A stretch of 64,000 nt of DNA from a virus. Its lineage: Duplodnaviria > Heunggongvirae > Uroviricota > Caudoviricetes. The position numbers and the translations under genes were made by a program. Positions 46,701 through 55,901 of the stretch are shown here, piece by piece (positions within the stretch are counted from its first letter, which is position 1; every line of letters starts with the position of its first letter). The notes below the pieces were generated by a model. The model was given only the letters and a program-made list of their open reading frames with translations, was not told the DNA's origin and searched no databases. Location: IMG/VR virus record IMGVR_UViG_3300010049_000009, positions 1 to 64,000 of that record; one strand, 5' to 3'.

Positions 46701-47605
46701 ATACCACCACTTTGTTCAACACAATTAACAATTGTTTGTGGTTGTGATATTGTTTCAATAACCTCATATTTGTTGTGGTTTTGTTGAAATACCCTAATAT
46801 CGTCTATATGTGGGTCTTCCTTTGATGTAAAAATATTGATATTAAATGGGTTATTTACTTCATAATAATATTCAGTAATATTATTTACAACATAACTCTT
46901 TTTTTCTAAAAATAATGAAGCAGGAAAGGTATTAACAATCCCAATAAAATTTGCTTTTATTAGTTCAACAAGATTACCATATAACGCAAAACTCGTGAGG
47001 TTTTTAGTATCTAATTTTAATTTCCAATCTTGTTCAACAATATTCGGTATTTCTTCTATATCACCTATACTACCGTCAGCATTGAAAGCAACCAATTCTT
47101 GGTGTGTCCAATACAAGTCATTCAACTCGATTAAATTAGTTGTTGAAATCCCATAACCTTTACCCGCATTAATTATTTTTAATCCATTGTTTGTGACAAC
47201 ACCATTATTAACACCTATGACTTCCACCAAACCATTGACCGCACCTAATACAATAATACTAAATCTATCACCTTCTTTATAACCCACACCACCTTCGTTA
47301 ATTCTATAACCTGTTATACCACCCGTTGGATTAACACTTGTTATTGTTATGAAACAACCATATCCTGATTTGGGGGGTATCCAATTTCCGTTTGAGTGAA
47401 CTAAGGCGTTATTGTTTTGACCATCGTTGAATTGTACTTTAAAATTTCCAAGGTTAACACCATCAATGTAATTTGAAAAGAGTGGTGAATTTTGTATTGT
47501 ACTCCACGAAGTGTCATAAATAGCACCAAACCCCTCACCTGATAATGGTTGATGATATTGGCGGTTTGTGTATAACGTTTTTTGTATTACTTTATTAGAT
47601 GCCAT
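43793..47605 (-). CDS. large virion structural protein (1270 aa, fibre/baseplate-like) with a DnaJ-type CxxCxGxG x2 zinc finger
   Basis: CKKCDGKGY...CFQCNGIGY; repeated GxGY beta-modules shared with neighbouring large proteins. Confidence 0.6.
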   Translation of the reverse strand: MASNKVIQKTLYTNRQYHQPLSGEGFGAIYDTSWSTIQNSPLFSNYIDGVNLGNFKVQFNDGQNNNALVHSNGNWIPPKSGYGCFITITSVNPTGGITGYRINEGGVGYKEGDRFSIIVLGAVNGLVEVIGVNNGVVTNNGLKIINAGKGYGISTTNLIELNDLYWTHQELVAFNADGSIGDIEEIPNIVEQDWKLKLDTKNLTSFALYGNLVELIKANFIGIVNTFPASLFLEKKSYVVNNITEYYYEVNNPFNINIFTSKEDPHIDDIRVFQQNHNKYEVIETISQPQTIVNCVEQSGGIRLTECKRDIQRVDTDYRYVYIKRTGFVGYVGRTNVFDDGFLHEEYEPSNGIFTLDNNSLIVTTDEDFDSEELEEIFKKDYHPPMRLLDTITIRVLSTLNTPVVPNTCRLRTNADFFTITISFNYDDEHNPCELINYVADITGIQNNAEGILGFHIKPKEKYVTEFFNNLSDFQTVILNRNTVPKYTSTFYTPSKDNDGTYTGMYANESFTLDTEDGWNIDLKSVSYQRMINTLLESAEYMDTMKCDNIYRMLTHDSIKNLDWSLNRIEDEALAQAHIVGGTYLNKILRLYGRSYDELKKYIHGIEVINNLTYNQLDNYPDALLKNEVDIAGWKPISVVNFDNIDIQTDQLYGGWQQKYNATDIENEFYRRLLLNSSHIASWKGTKHGVEMLMNLFGVDRKKWGLNEVVYVATGSRYGTSGPESDNMIPDEVLAPTGSIRPGYIYDVYARNATNADYVEYNGVNYQSGQEFVGVSGVNNNTYVPRGAAQVYFYPVKNIISLNIKTPYTENGEDYNISDKEQGDQEEQHILPMTKYFKGDMSVICKKCDGKGYIVTDRAVCFQCNGIGYVRRYDAVPFFHGNTERLYYQQFGGWYQDTQAELRLVETIEDLKNLIIRLGNEEGTLVFVRNDDEWKPTANKSNFSNYWVLVDAHNAMNKEGWANLTHADTEGLYTITGETSGVSVTINVQAYFQITTTNEGNNPHTGGTLGYDYGNSYLQHIGYRINDVNGDSITPQLNEGNKKGDVRNLNGLFNYTLSNSPECIWNNPQYYQLENVGFRLVGNIDNKGCWPVYRNEGYGRKIDTGFVPTKNVYETAVDMVVIDNVSTKHWEDKLMINKEYSIYRTYIDDVRFRECKPILREDRTANTRHIDDRLASAIDFYRIVNCKNITFRYDSIDGSEEYFFINNIMPYLENLIPTNTIIDIDFGKPIMCGIGVMQISAGTGDQCDEEPGDKTAINRVARVRNVPNIN

Positions 47606-47610
47606 AATTT

Positions 47611-48531
47611 TTAATGAACCATTGTATTATTCCACGTTTCAGATTTATCTATTATATCCTCCCTATTTTTACGAAGCGTGTATGTTGGTTTGTTCGTATA
47701 AGCGTCTTTAACTTGTACTATTTCGGTTTGAGATAAAATAGTGTGGTCAGGATTATATGTTGTCATTAATCCCTTATCAAGATTTAATGCTTGATCCCCA
47801 CCTAACATTGTTGCCAACATAGATAAGTCGGTATCCACCATTTCAATTTCTATTAATTGAGAGTTGAATTTAGTATTAACTAGTGCAATTTGTTCACCGG
47901 TTGAACCGATGTATGGTAAAACACTTGCTTTTACCTGTGAAGCGGAACTTGGTGATAAAGTACAGAAAATAAGATTTCCATTATCCGTTAATCTATATGA
48001 TAACGATTTCATTGTTGTTGTGGATAAGTTATCCATTACTGCTTCACAACGATTGTTAGAGGTTATTGTTTTAAAATAATCTTGTTGTTGCCCACTGTTG
48101 TTATAATATTCTACACGCCAACCGCTCAACGCCATATTAACCCTCTGTGCAGCAGATAAACCACCCATTTCTGAACCCTTGAGTACAATTCCTCTTACAT
48201 CGGGTAATGCTGATAAAACAGCGGGTGCATCCTCAATAATACAATAATACCGTTTCGGGGTAAGTAAAACCGTATACACACCCTTTTTATTAAAAATCTT
48301 CATTGGTAGATTAAGAGTGTATACACCACTCAACTCATTATTGACCGGTTCATCACCTATTTCGTATGTACTTTTATTAAACCACTCACTCGGAGTACCA
48401 ACCTTTTTAAAGTCATCCCCGAAAGTCGCGTCAGTTCCGTTTCTACCAGGTCTATAATGATAAAATATATCAATATCCGTGTAAATATCAATATTTGCTA
48501 ATCTATTCGTACCTGTAATTCCTACTGCCAT
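47611..48531 (-). CDS. structural protein (306 aa)
   Basis: ORF in the structural operon. Confidence 0.55.
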   Translation of the reverse strand: MAVGITGTNRLANIDIYTDIDIFYHYRPGRNGTDATFGDDFKKVGTPSEWFNKSTYEIGDEPVNNELSGVYTLNLPMKIFNKKGVYTVLLTPKRYYCIIEDAPAVLSALPDVRGIVLKGSEMGGLSAAQRVNMALSGWRVEYYNNSGQQQDYFKTITSNNRCEAVMDNLSTTTMKSLSYRLTDNGNLIFCTLSPSSASQVKASVLPYIGSTGEQIALVNTKFNSQLIEIEMVDTDLSMLATMLGGDQALNLDKGLMTTYNPDHTILSQTEIVQVKDAYTNKPTYTLRKNREDIIDKSETWNNTMVH

Positions 48532-48578
48532 TTTAATTTAATTCTTTATTATAAATAATTGTTTTTCTATTTTTAGTA

Positions 48579-50606
48579 TCAACGCCCCTCTTCTTCTTCT
48601 TTGTATGCGCGCATTAATTCATCATTTACTTCAACACCCAATAACGCACCTTCGTCAATAAACGGTTCTTCATCAACCGGTTTGGTGTTGTCAAACACAC
48701 GCCAAAACGCACCATTATTATATGTTAACATTTGACTGAATGTTTTTATTTCACCCATTGCCATGTGCCTATCCTGTGAATAAACTATTCCCCTTTCAAC
48801 ACTAATATTGTTTTCAATTCTCGGTTTTTCGGTTACACCAAATAAATATTCTTCTTTAATCAAAGGGGTGTTTACCCACATTTCGTTATTAGAGTGTGGT
48901 GGGGGTGTTCCTGTTGGTGTAACAAAAACATTACTATCTCTCGCAACACTATCTTCATATCTGAATGAAAATGGTGTGTGTTCAGCAACCGTTGTTATTA
49001 CATAATCACCCCACTCCAAATCAACACCACTTATTACTTCCGAAGTAATTGTGTCAGTATATAAAATCCCTGTACCTACTTGTGGTTGTGTACCCACAAA
49101 TATAGTGTTTATTCTATATGTGTATATTATTTCCCTTTTAACTATTTCACCACTGATTGTGAGTTCATCAACCATATCTGATAAATTCAAACCAAGAGTA
49201 GGTGTTGGAATACTTACAATGTTATTATTTGCATTATAATATCTTGGTCCAACTCGATCTATAATGCGACTTGCATAATATTGTAATCCTTCAATTTGTG
49301 ATATGTTGCGATTGGTACTTAATTTATATTTTCCCTCAACATCAAAAAAGTTAATATCCCCAATATTGCTCACCAACCCTTTCAGTGTGTATAATAAACT
49401 ACCCGTGTTATTGGATACCGCTCTTCTTGGTGATATACATCTGTTGTCTACGGTTAATTTCCAATGAACAAATTCATTATTAACAATTCTAAATCTCTCA
49501 AAATAACCTGTTGTTGTATTTTTAACAGTATCGTCAAAATAAATAATATTCTCAATATGGTTAAAATCACCTGCGTAATAACCTTCGTTATTAACTACTT
49601 TTAAGATATATAATTGGTCATCATATATAACCACATCATTCAAATAATATCTTTGACCCGGAACCCATTCTTTTGCTGTGGAAGTGAACACACCCATATC
49701 ATCAATATCACCGTTTAATAAAATTGGTAATTTTATTATTGGTGGTTCAGGATCATATTCATAAATTGGATAATCTTTCGCTTCTTTTCTAACTTTATTA
49801 ACACAAGGTGAATTTAATTCGTAAAATGTCATTGCCCTTGCAAACACATAATCATGACACTGACTTTTAATATCACTGTGAATATCATATTCCGTAATTC
49901 TTAACACCGAATTTAAAAAGGTGGCGGGTGCTTCGTTTAAGATAAATTCATAAATTAAATCAATGATTTGTCCTAATTTATCTTCTGTTACAATGTAATT
50001 TTTAATAAAATTATTAACATATCTACCAAACGCACCGCTTGTACTAAATATGTTTAATATGGTTGAATTGTTAAATATACGTATGGGAAACCCCGTTCTT
50101 ATTTGTGTAATAAAATAATCTAAAAAACAGTCGGGCATTGGGGTATATGTTAATGCTTCAAAAACATATACTGTATTATTATTTATATCCTTTTCTTCTC
50201 TGAAATCGTCAGTAAGTAAAAAATGAAGGTATGGGTATATCCTATCACCCTCTTTGTAATACCAATTTTCACCAATATCAATGAACTGCGATAAATTATC
50301 TTGCCCAACACTACTACTATTATCAACGCAAAGACTACAAATATATTGACTTAATGTTTGAAATTCATGTAAATCTTTGAACAACCTTTTACAATCACCG
50401 AATGATAAGTATGTAAATTTGTAATATGGGTTATCAGGTAATTCAAATATCATTTTAATATTAGCAGCAATAGTATAATCACCTCTTTTATCAGTATTAT
50501 TTAGACGCGGTCGAGGCGGAATAGGTACATCCCAAACCCACAATTTGGGGTTCAGACTATAGTTCTTAAACTCATTTAAACTAATATTTTTAATTATCTT
50601 ATTCAT
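48579..50606 (-). CDS. large structural protein (675 aa)
   Basis: ORF; stop/start overlap with the next gene. Confidence 0.6.
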   Translation of the reverse strand: MNKIIKNISLNEFKNYSLNPKLWVWDVPIPPRPRLNNTDKRGDYTIAANIKMIFELPDNPYYKFTYLSFGDCKRLFKDLHEFQTLSQYICSLCVDNSSSVGQDNLSQFIDIGENWYYKEGDRIYPYLHFLLTDDFREEKDINNNTVYVFEALTYTPMPDCFLDYFITQIRTGFPIRIFNNSTILNIFSTSGAFGRYVNNFIKNYIVTEDKLGQIIDLIYEFILNEAPATFLNSVLRITEYDIHSDIKSQCHDYVFARAMTFYELNSPCVNKVRKEAKDYPIYEYDPEPPIIKLPILLNGDIDDMGVFTSTAKEWVPGQRYYLNDVVIYDDQLYILKVVNNEGYYAGDFNHIENIIYFDDTVKNTTTGYFERFRIVNNEFVHWKLTVDNRCISPRRAVSNNTGSLLYTLKGLVSNIGDINFFDVEGKYKLSTNRNISQIEGLQYYASRIIDRVGPRYYNANNNIVSIPTPTLGLNLSDMVDELTISGEIVKREIIYTYRINTIFVGTQPQVGTGILYTDTITSEVISGVDLEWGDYVITTVAEHTPFSFRYEDSVARDSNVFVTPTGTPPPHSNNEMWVNTPLIKEEYLFGVTEKPRIENNISVERGIVYSQDRHMAMGEIKTFSQMLTYNNGAFWRVFDNTKPVDEEPFIDEGALLGVEVNDELMRAYKEEEEGR

Positions 50607-52960
50607 TACGCTATGTTTGCTTCATAAAATTTTATTATAAGTTTTGAGGAGTCCCACTCAATATTTGGTGGATATGATCCGGGACTTGCGGGATCAATCG
50701 TTGTTTCACCATTAGTTATATTTATTCTTGGTATAGTGAATATAGTAGGATACCAAAAATATCTAACTTCAAAGGGTTCGTTTCTTTCTAATTGTGCTTC
50801 GGTTAGTTCATCATAAACTTTAAAAGTATTATTCCACCTAACTTTTGCACCACGAACAGTTATATCAGTGTACATGTGTTGCCTACTTCTTATTCCACCA
50901 ACATTTTGTTCAAAAAACACATTATTCAGACTAACATTGTTGTTTGGTCTATTGAAAAACAGTGTTCGTTTTCCGTCTAATGCGTTATTAAACTCCATTT
51001 TCATATATAGGTCTTGTGGTGTTAATTGTTTGTATTCTTCACCGAACAAATACAAGTAATAACCCTCACTTGACGAACTCTGTATGTATTCAACCATTGT
51101 AGTTACACCACCTTTAACATAATTATTAGTGATTTTTTCTAATAGTGGGTTAAATACATTAAATTCTGTTGCCATATTATCAGCTAACATTGCAATACCA
51201 TTTATATCGTTTCCGCTGACGTTAGAGATATTTAATATGTAATTGGTATATAACATATCAATATTAACAAAAACACTGTTAAAACACTCTAATTTGTATT
51301 GTGTAGGATTGAAATTATTATAGAAAGTTTGGCGACAAAATGTTCGTGCTAAACGTTTCTTTTTATATAAAACATCATTGTCTGTATAACCCAACTCCAT
51401 TAATTTAGTTATCTTATGTTCATCAGTGGGATTAAGGGGTTTATTAACATTAAAATAGAATTGATAATTAATTTTGTTAATGGGAACATATCTAAATACA
51501 CTATTAACACCCATTCCCGTTACCACTCTAAAAACCGGTTCAAATCTAATACGTTCATTATCTAATATAGGGTTTATAGCTCTTTCTGTTTCAATTTCCA
51601 CAAATTTTTGGTTAAATTCAGTGCGCATTAAATCGGAGGTATAATCCTGACTTAAATTTATGTTAATTGAATAATTTGCTATTGTTTTATAAAAAGTTAA
51701 ATATTCTTTATTATATATTAAGAACATATCACTGATATTAATAAACTCATCTCTTAACATAACGGCGGTTGCCATAGCACCCGTTCCATTACAGGGTGTG
51801 GATAAATTAACATTGGGTTTTGTTGTGTAACCACCACCATTTGTCAAAACAATGTCTGTTACCACACCATCTTGTGTAACAAAATACCCTTCCGCACCAG
51901 GTTGGGAAAAACCCAAAAAATGAATACCATTACTATAATTTTCACCAGCACAGTTTAATTCTATTCTTTGTATTGTGGGATTATCATGTTTTAAAATGAA
52001 TTTATATTCAATTTGATTTTCAAAACAAGGTGGGTCTTCAAGTTCAATGGACAAATCACAATATCTATGTGTATCTCTTTCTGTTTTTATTATTTCGTTA
52101 TGATAAGCAAATAAATCATTGTTTGCAATAATAGGAAAATTTGATTGTGGTATATAAAAAGAGGGTGAATAATTAACATTCATACACAATTTATATTCGG
52201 GAGTAGTTCCTATATTATTATTTAGTTTAGAAAGTGGAATACCATCTTCTGATTTTTCAATCCAATCACCCTTTCCATAATCATAACCATAATCTGTTGT
52301 AATTATAAAGTTTTGGTTTTCGGTATCCCAAGTACTTTTAATTATATTAACTTCTCTTTTTAATTCTATATAGGGTATTCTAAAATATGTGTCGTCAATA
52401 ACACAGGTATATGAAATGGAAACACCGGACAAAGTACCACAACTAATTGTAATTGGGTTTGAAGTAAATTCTTGCCACGTATTTGAGTGTTCTTCTTTTA
52501 CCCTGTTTCCACTTATTTCTACTTTAAATGTACGGAAAGATTCCCGCCACGCTGTTTCGTCATCAATTATTTTACTATTATCAAGTGTATTTTCAATAGT
52601 ATCAAGATAACCCTCTAACATTCTATTATTATCCATACGATACCACATTGTTGGGTCAGTTTCGTATGCCCAAAAATATCTTGGTGATTGAGGTGGAATT
52701 GTGGTTGTATTACCCAACACTAAACCAATCATAACCTTTGGTCTTAATGATATTGGAATATTATTTGCAAGATTAATTGTAGTAAAGTTAACACTAATAT
52801 TTTCACCATTTACAAAATTATGTGGGTTATTCAAATAAAACTCTAAATACCCATTACCCACATCAGCAGAATTAAGCATATAAGGGGGTCTGCTGCTAAA
52901 CAAGGTGTATTCTTGAATCCTTGTTTGTAAATTCTTATTGGTAATACTATATTTTTGCAT
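50606..52960 (-). CDS. large structural protein (784 aa) with the GxGY module
   Basis: GAEGYFVTQDGVVTDIVLTNGGGYTTKPNV. Confidence 0.6.
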   Translation of the reverse strand: MQKYSITNKNLQTRIQEYTLFSSRPPYMLNSADVGNGYLEFYLNNPHNFVNGENISVNFTTINLANNIPISLRPKVMIGLVLGNTTTIPPQSPRYFWAYETDPTMWYRMDNNRMLEGYLDTIENTLDNSKIIDDETAWRESFRTFKVEISGNRVKEEHSNTWQEFTSNPITISCGTLSGVSISYTCVIDDTYFRIPYIELKREVNIIKSTWDTENQNFIITTDYGYDYGKGDWIEKSEDGIPLSKLNNNIGTTPEYKLCMNVNYSPSFYIPQSNFPIIANNDLFAYHNEIIKTERDTHRYCDLSIELEDPPCFENQIEYKFILKHDNPTIQRIELNCAGENYSNGIHFLGFSQPGAEGYFVTQDGVVTDIVLTNGGGYTTKPNVNLSTPCNGTGAMATAVMLRDEFINISDMFLIYNKEYLTFYKTIANYSININLSQDYTSDLMRTEFNQKFVEIETERAINPILDNERIRFEPVFRVVTGMGVNSVFRYVPINKINYQFYFNVNKPLNPTDEHKITKLMELGYTDNDVLYKKKRLARTFCRQTFYNNFNPTQYKLECFNSVFVNIDMLYTNYILNISNVSGNDINGIAMLADNMATEFNVFNPLLEKITNNYVKGGVTTMVEYIQSSSSEGYYLYLFGEEYKQLTPQDLYMKMEFNNALDGKRTLFFNRPNNNVSLNNVFFEQNVGGIRSRQHMYTDITVRGAKVRWNNTFKVYDELTEAQLERNEPFEVRYFWYPTIFTIPRINITNGETTIDPASPGSYPPNIEWDSSKLIIKFYEANIA

Positions 52961-52966
52961 TTCTAA

Positions 52967-55858
52967 TTAACATATTTCGTTTATATCTTCATACAATTCA
53001 GTCATATTTGCTTCCCTAGAAATTGAAGTATCAGCAGGAAACCTATTGAACAACATATCAGGACAACCAATAGATTGTCTTCTTAAAAAGAAATTTATTT
53101 GTTTATGAACATAAATATTACCATTCGTAAACGGATATTCTTCAAGCGAATTAACCGCAGCATCATCTCCTGACATTATATTTCGCCACACAAACCGACC
53201 CTGACCAATATGTCTTGCCCACAACGGAGTATCATAATCATATACATATACTTCAAGGCTATTAATATTTGTTACCGGACTAATGTTAATATAATCATAT
53301 AATTCTTGATCAAATGGTATTAATATTTTACGTTCATCTTCTCTTGTGGTGGTTATTACAAATGCTTTTTCACGCTCTATTGAATCATGTAACCAAATAA
53401 CTTTAAGTATTGTGTGTTGAAGTAAATTGTGTTTTGTTCGCGTGAAAAACGGAATAAATTCTAAATTTTTACCACTTTCTGTATCAACACAACGTTCAGT
53501 GGCAACCCTATTGGGGTTTGAGAGTATGTATTCTGTAATATTAACAGGTGGATTAAATGTGGTAGTAAAATAAACCCTATAAAAAGATTTATAGTGTAAT
53601 TCACTCTCATACCATTTCAACGATATTGGATAATGAGATTGATGATAATACCCTTCGGGTCTGGGTCCCGCTTGAATGACACCACGATATATCATTCTAT
53701 TATTACTATCCTTAACACTTGTACAGTCGTCTGGAAGTGTTGTGTTTCCAAAAAATGCTGTGGTATTGGGTGATGGTTGGAAAGTGTTTTCCCCGGTGTC
53801 CGGTTTATATTGATTACTAACAGCAGGTGCATTTACTGTATCTAAACTTGATATACCATCACTATTAAACAATGCTATACCATGTGTGATAATAGCGGTG
53901 TCATGAAATAAATCACTTTCCCTATTTACAGTATTAAATCTATATTGAGATTTAGATAATACGGTTTCAGTAAAGTTTGATTTATCAAATTCACAAATAT
54001 CACCATAATAATATAATTTGTCGGGGTCTTCAATATTGGTTTTTACATCAATTGGTTTAACACTCTCAATGCTATTTGGGGAATATGGCCAAATAAATGG
54101 AAGTCTTTCATCCGCCGACAAACTATTTCTATAATTTACATTATATGAAATCGTTATTTTATGTTCATGGTTGGGGTTAGAAGTGTGACTAAGATTATGA
54201 AAACAATAAATATTTGGATATCTATTCCTATAATTTAACCCTAAACGAATATCATCTCTAATAATATTTTTATTTGAATATGCCAATTCATATCCCACAG
54301 AATTTTGACTCCAATAACGCTGAAAATCTGTTTTATAAGACTCATCAATAAGACGTGCTTGAAAAACCTCATTTTTAGGTCGGTTAGCATCATTACATCT
54401 ACGTGTTAAATAACTTCCCCAATCTACTTCGTGTTCATTATTTTTATATATTGTTAAATATATTTTTGTTAATGGTCGCCCTAAATTATCTTTCAGTAGG
54501 TTTATATCCACACTGTCGGTGAATGTTATTTGTACCATTTTATCACTAAATATATTATTTGAATATGCTAAATTATATTTTGTGTTGTTAAACAATATTT
54601 TATTAGTTTGTAACTTTTCTTCTATGTTTCCGGATGTTATTTTTTCACTTTCAAATTTCCAATTAGGTATTTTTTTAAATTTTTTAATATAATAATCACA
54701 AGGAATACCATTAACAACCTTTTTTACCCGACACTCAAAACTTATCACTGATGTAGATTTTTCAAATGGTAACAAATTACTTGCATTTGACAATATATAA
54801 AATTTTCTATCATCTTTAATTCTTTGAATTGTGTAATCTGCTTCTTGTTGATTTCCATAATAAAGACGAATTTTATTGAATACTTTGAATTTGTTTGAGT
54901 ATGCTGTTTCAAGTATTAAAGTTGGTTTATTAAATGGGGATTTTTCCGCATCAATTATTTCAATATTTATTATTGGGATTCCGTGTGAAGAATTGTTAAC
55001 AGAGGGGATTGTGCTTGTGTTTGGTGTGTGTGTTAACCAATGGTCATAAATATTTTCACATGGGTATGATAAAAAATATGACCAATTTTCTTCATTTATT
55101 AATCTATTTGCACTATTATATTTGAATAGTGTGTTGAACAATAACATTTCTCTATTAGGAAATAAATCGGTTTTTTCACAATTTCCACCTTTAACAAACG
55201 CAATTTTTGATGTGTTTTTCAAAGAATGGGTTGTTTCCCCACTTTTTACTTCCCATATCATTATTCTAGAAGGATTAATACATTGTATCCACCCATCACT
55301 TTCAACCATATTTTCTCTGATTGCCTGATCATATCCATTAATATTATCCCGCATATATGCGTATTCTACTCTTGTAACATTCTGACCCATCACAGTTTCA
55401 ACAGTATCATCCATATATCTACCACGCCTTATACTATTTGTTCTAAAATAAACGTTATCAAATATATCATAACCCATATAATAATCAACATTATTGTTTC
55501 CAATAGCACCCACAGGGTTGTATATAAATTTTGTCATTTCACTTTTTGGTAAACCGAAACCATCCTCTACTACTCTATTAGTAATTAAAATATCGTTGGT
55601 AGTACCACGTTGTATAATAGTACTTGTTGGGTTACATAAAACATTTGTACAAATAGGATTAATAGTTATTGTCAGTCTATATTTAGTGCAGTTTTCCCGC
55701 TCTTTTATATACTGCTCATTCAAATCAAGCATTGTTTGAATATCGGTTTCTTCTATAAGAGAGTTATCTCCCTTTAGTTCGATATTCAAAAAATTATCTT
55801 CTACAACCGACTCTTTTGATTGTGCTGAACCTAATAATATTTGATAATTGTTTTCCAA
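52967..55858 (-). CDS. large structural protein (963 aa); TTG start
   Basis: first start-type codon after the upstream stop is TTG; the CTATAAATACC motif lies 21-31 nt upstream. Confidence 0.6.
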   Translation of the reverse strand: MENNYQILLGSAQSKESVVEDNFLNIELKGDNSLIEETDIQTMLDLNEQYIKERENCTKYRLTITINPICTNVLCNPTSTIIQRGTTNDILITNRVVEDGFGLPKSEMTKFIYNPVGAIGNNNVDYYMGYDIFDNVYFRTNSIRRGRYMDDTVETVMGQNVTRVEYAYMRDNINGYDQAIRENMVESDGWIQCINPSRIMIWEVKSGETTHSLKNTSKIAFVKGGNCEKTDLFPNREMLLFNTLFKYNSANRLINEENWSYFLSYPCENIYDHWLTHTPNTSTIPSVNNSSHGIPIINIEIIDAEKSPFNKPTLILETAYSNKFKVFNKIRLYYGNQQEADYTIQRIKDDRKFYILSNASNLLPFEKSTSVISFECRVKKVVNGIPCDYYIKKFKKIPNWKFESEKITSGNIEEKLQTNKILFNNTKYNLAYSNNIFSDKMVQITFTDSVDINLLKDNLGRPLTKIYLTIYKNNEHEVDWGSYLTRRCNDANRPKNEVFQARLIDESYKTDFQRYWSQNSVGYELAYSNKNIIRDDIRLGLNYRNRYPNIYCFHNLSHTSNPNHEHKITISYNVNYRNSLSADERLPFIWPYSPNSIESVKPIDVKTNIEDPDKLYYYGDICEFDKSNFTETVLSKSQYRFNTVNRESDLFHDTAIITHGIALFNSDGISSLDTVNAPAVSNQYKPDTGENTFQPSPNTTAFFGNTTLPDDCTSVKDSNNRMIYRGVIQAGPRPEGYYHQSHYPISLKWYESELHYKSFYRVYFTTTFNPPVNITEYILSNPNRVATERCVDTESGKNLEFIPFFTRTKHNLLQHTILKVIWLHDSIEREKAFVITTTREDERKILIPFDQELYDYINISPVTNINSLEVYVYDYDTPLWARHIGQGRFVWRNIMSGDDAAVNSLEEYPFTNGNIYVHKQINFFLRRQSIGCPDMLFNRFPADTSISREANMTELYEDINEIC

Positions 55859-55901
55859 GTTTGTTCAAATTTTTACAACTATAAATACCAAATAAATCAA
55901 A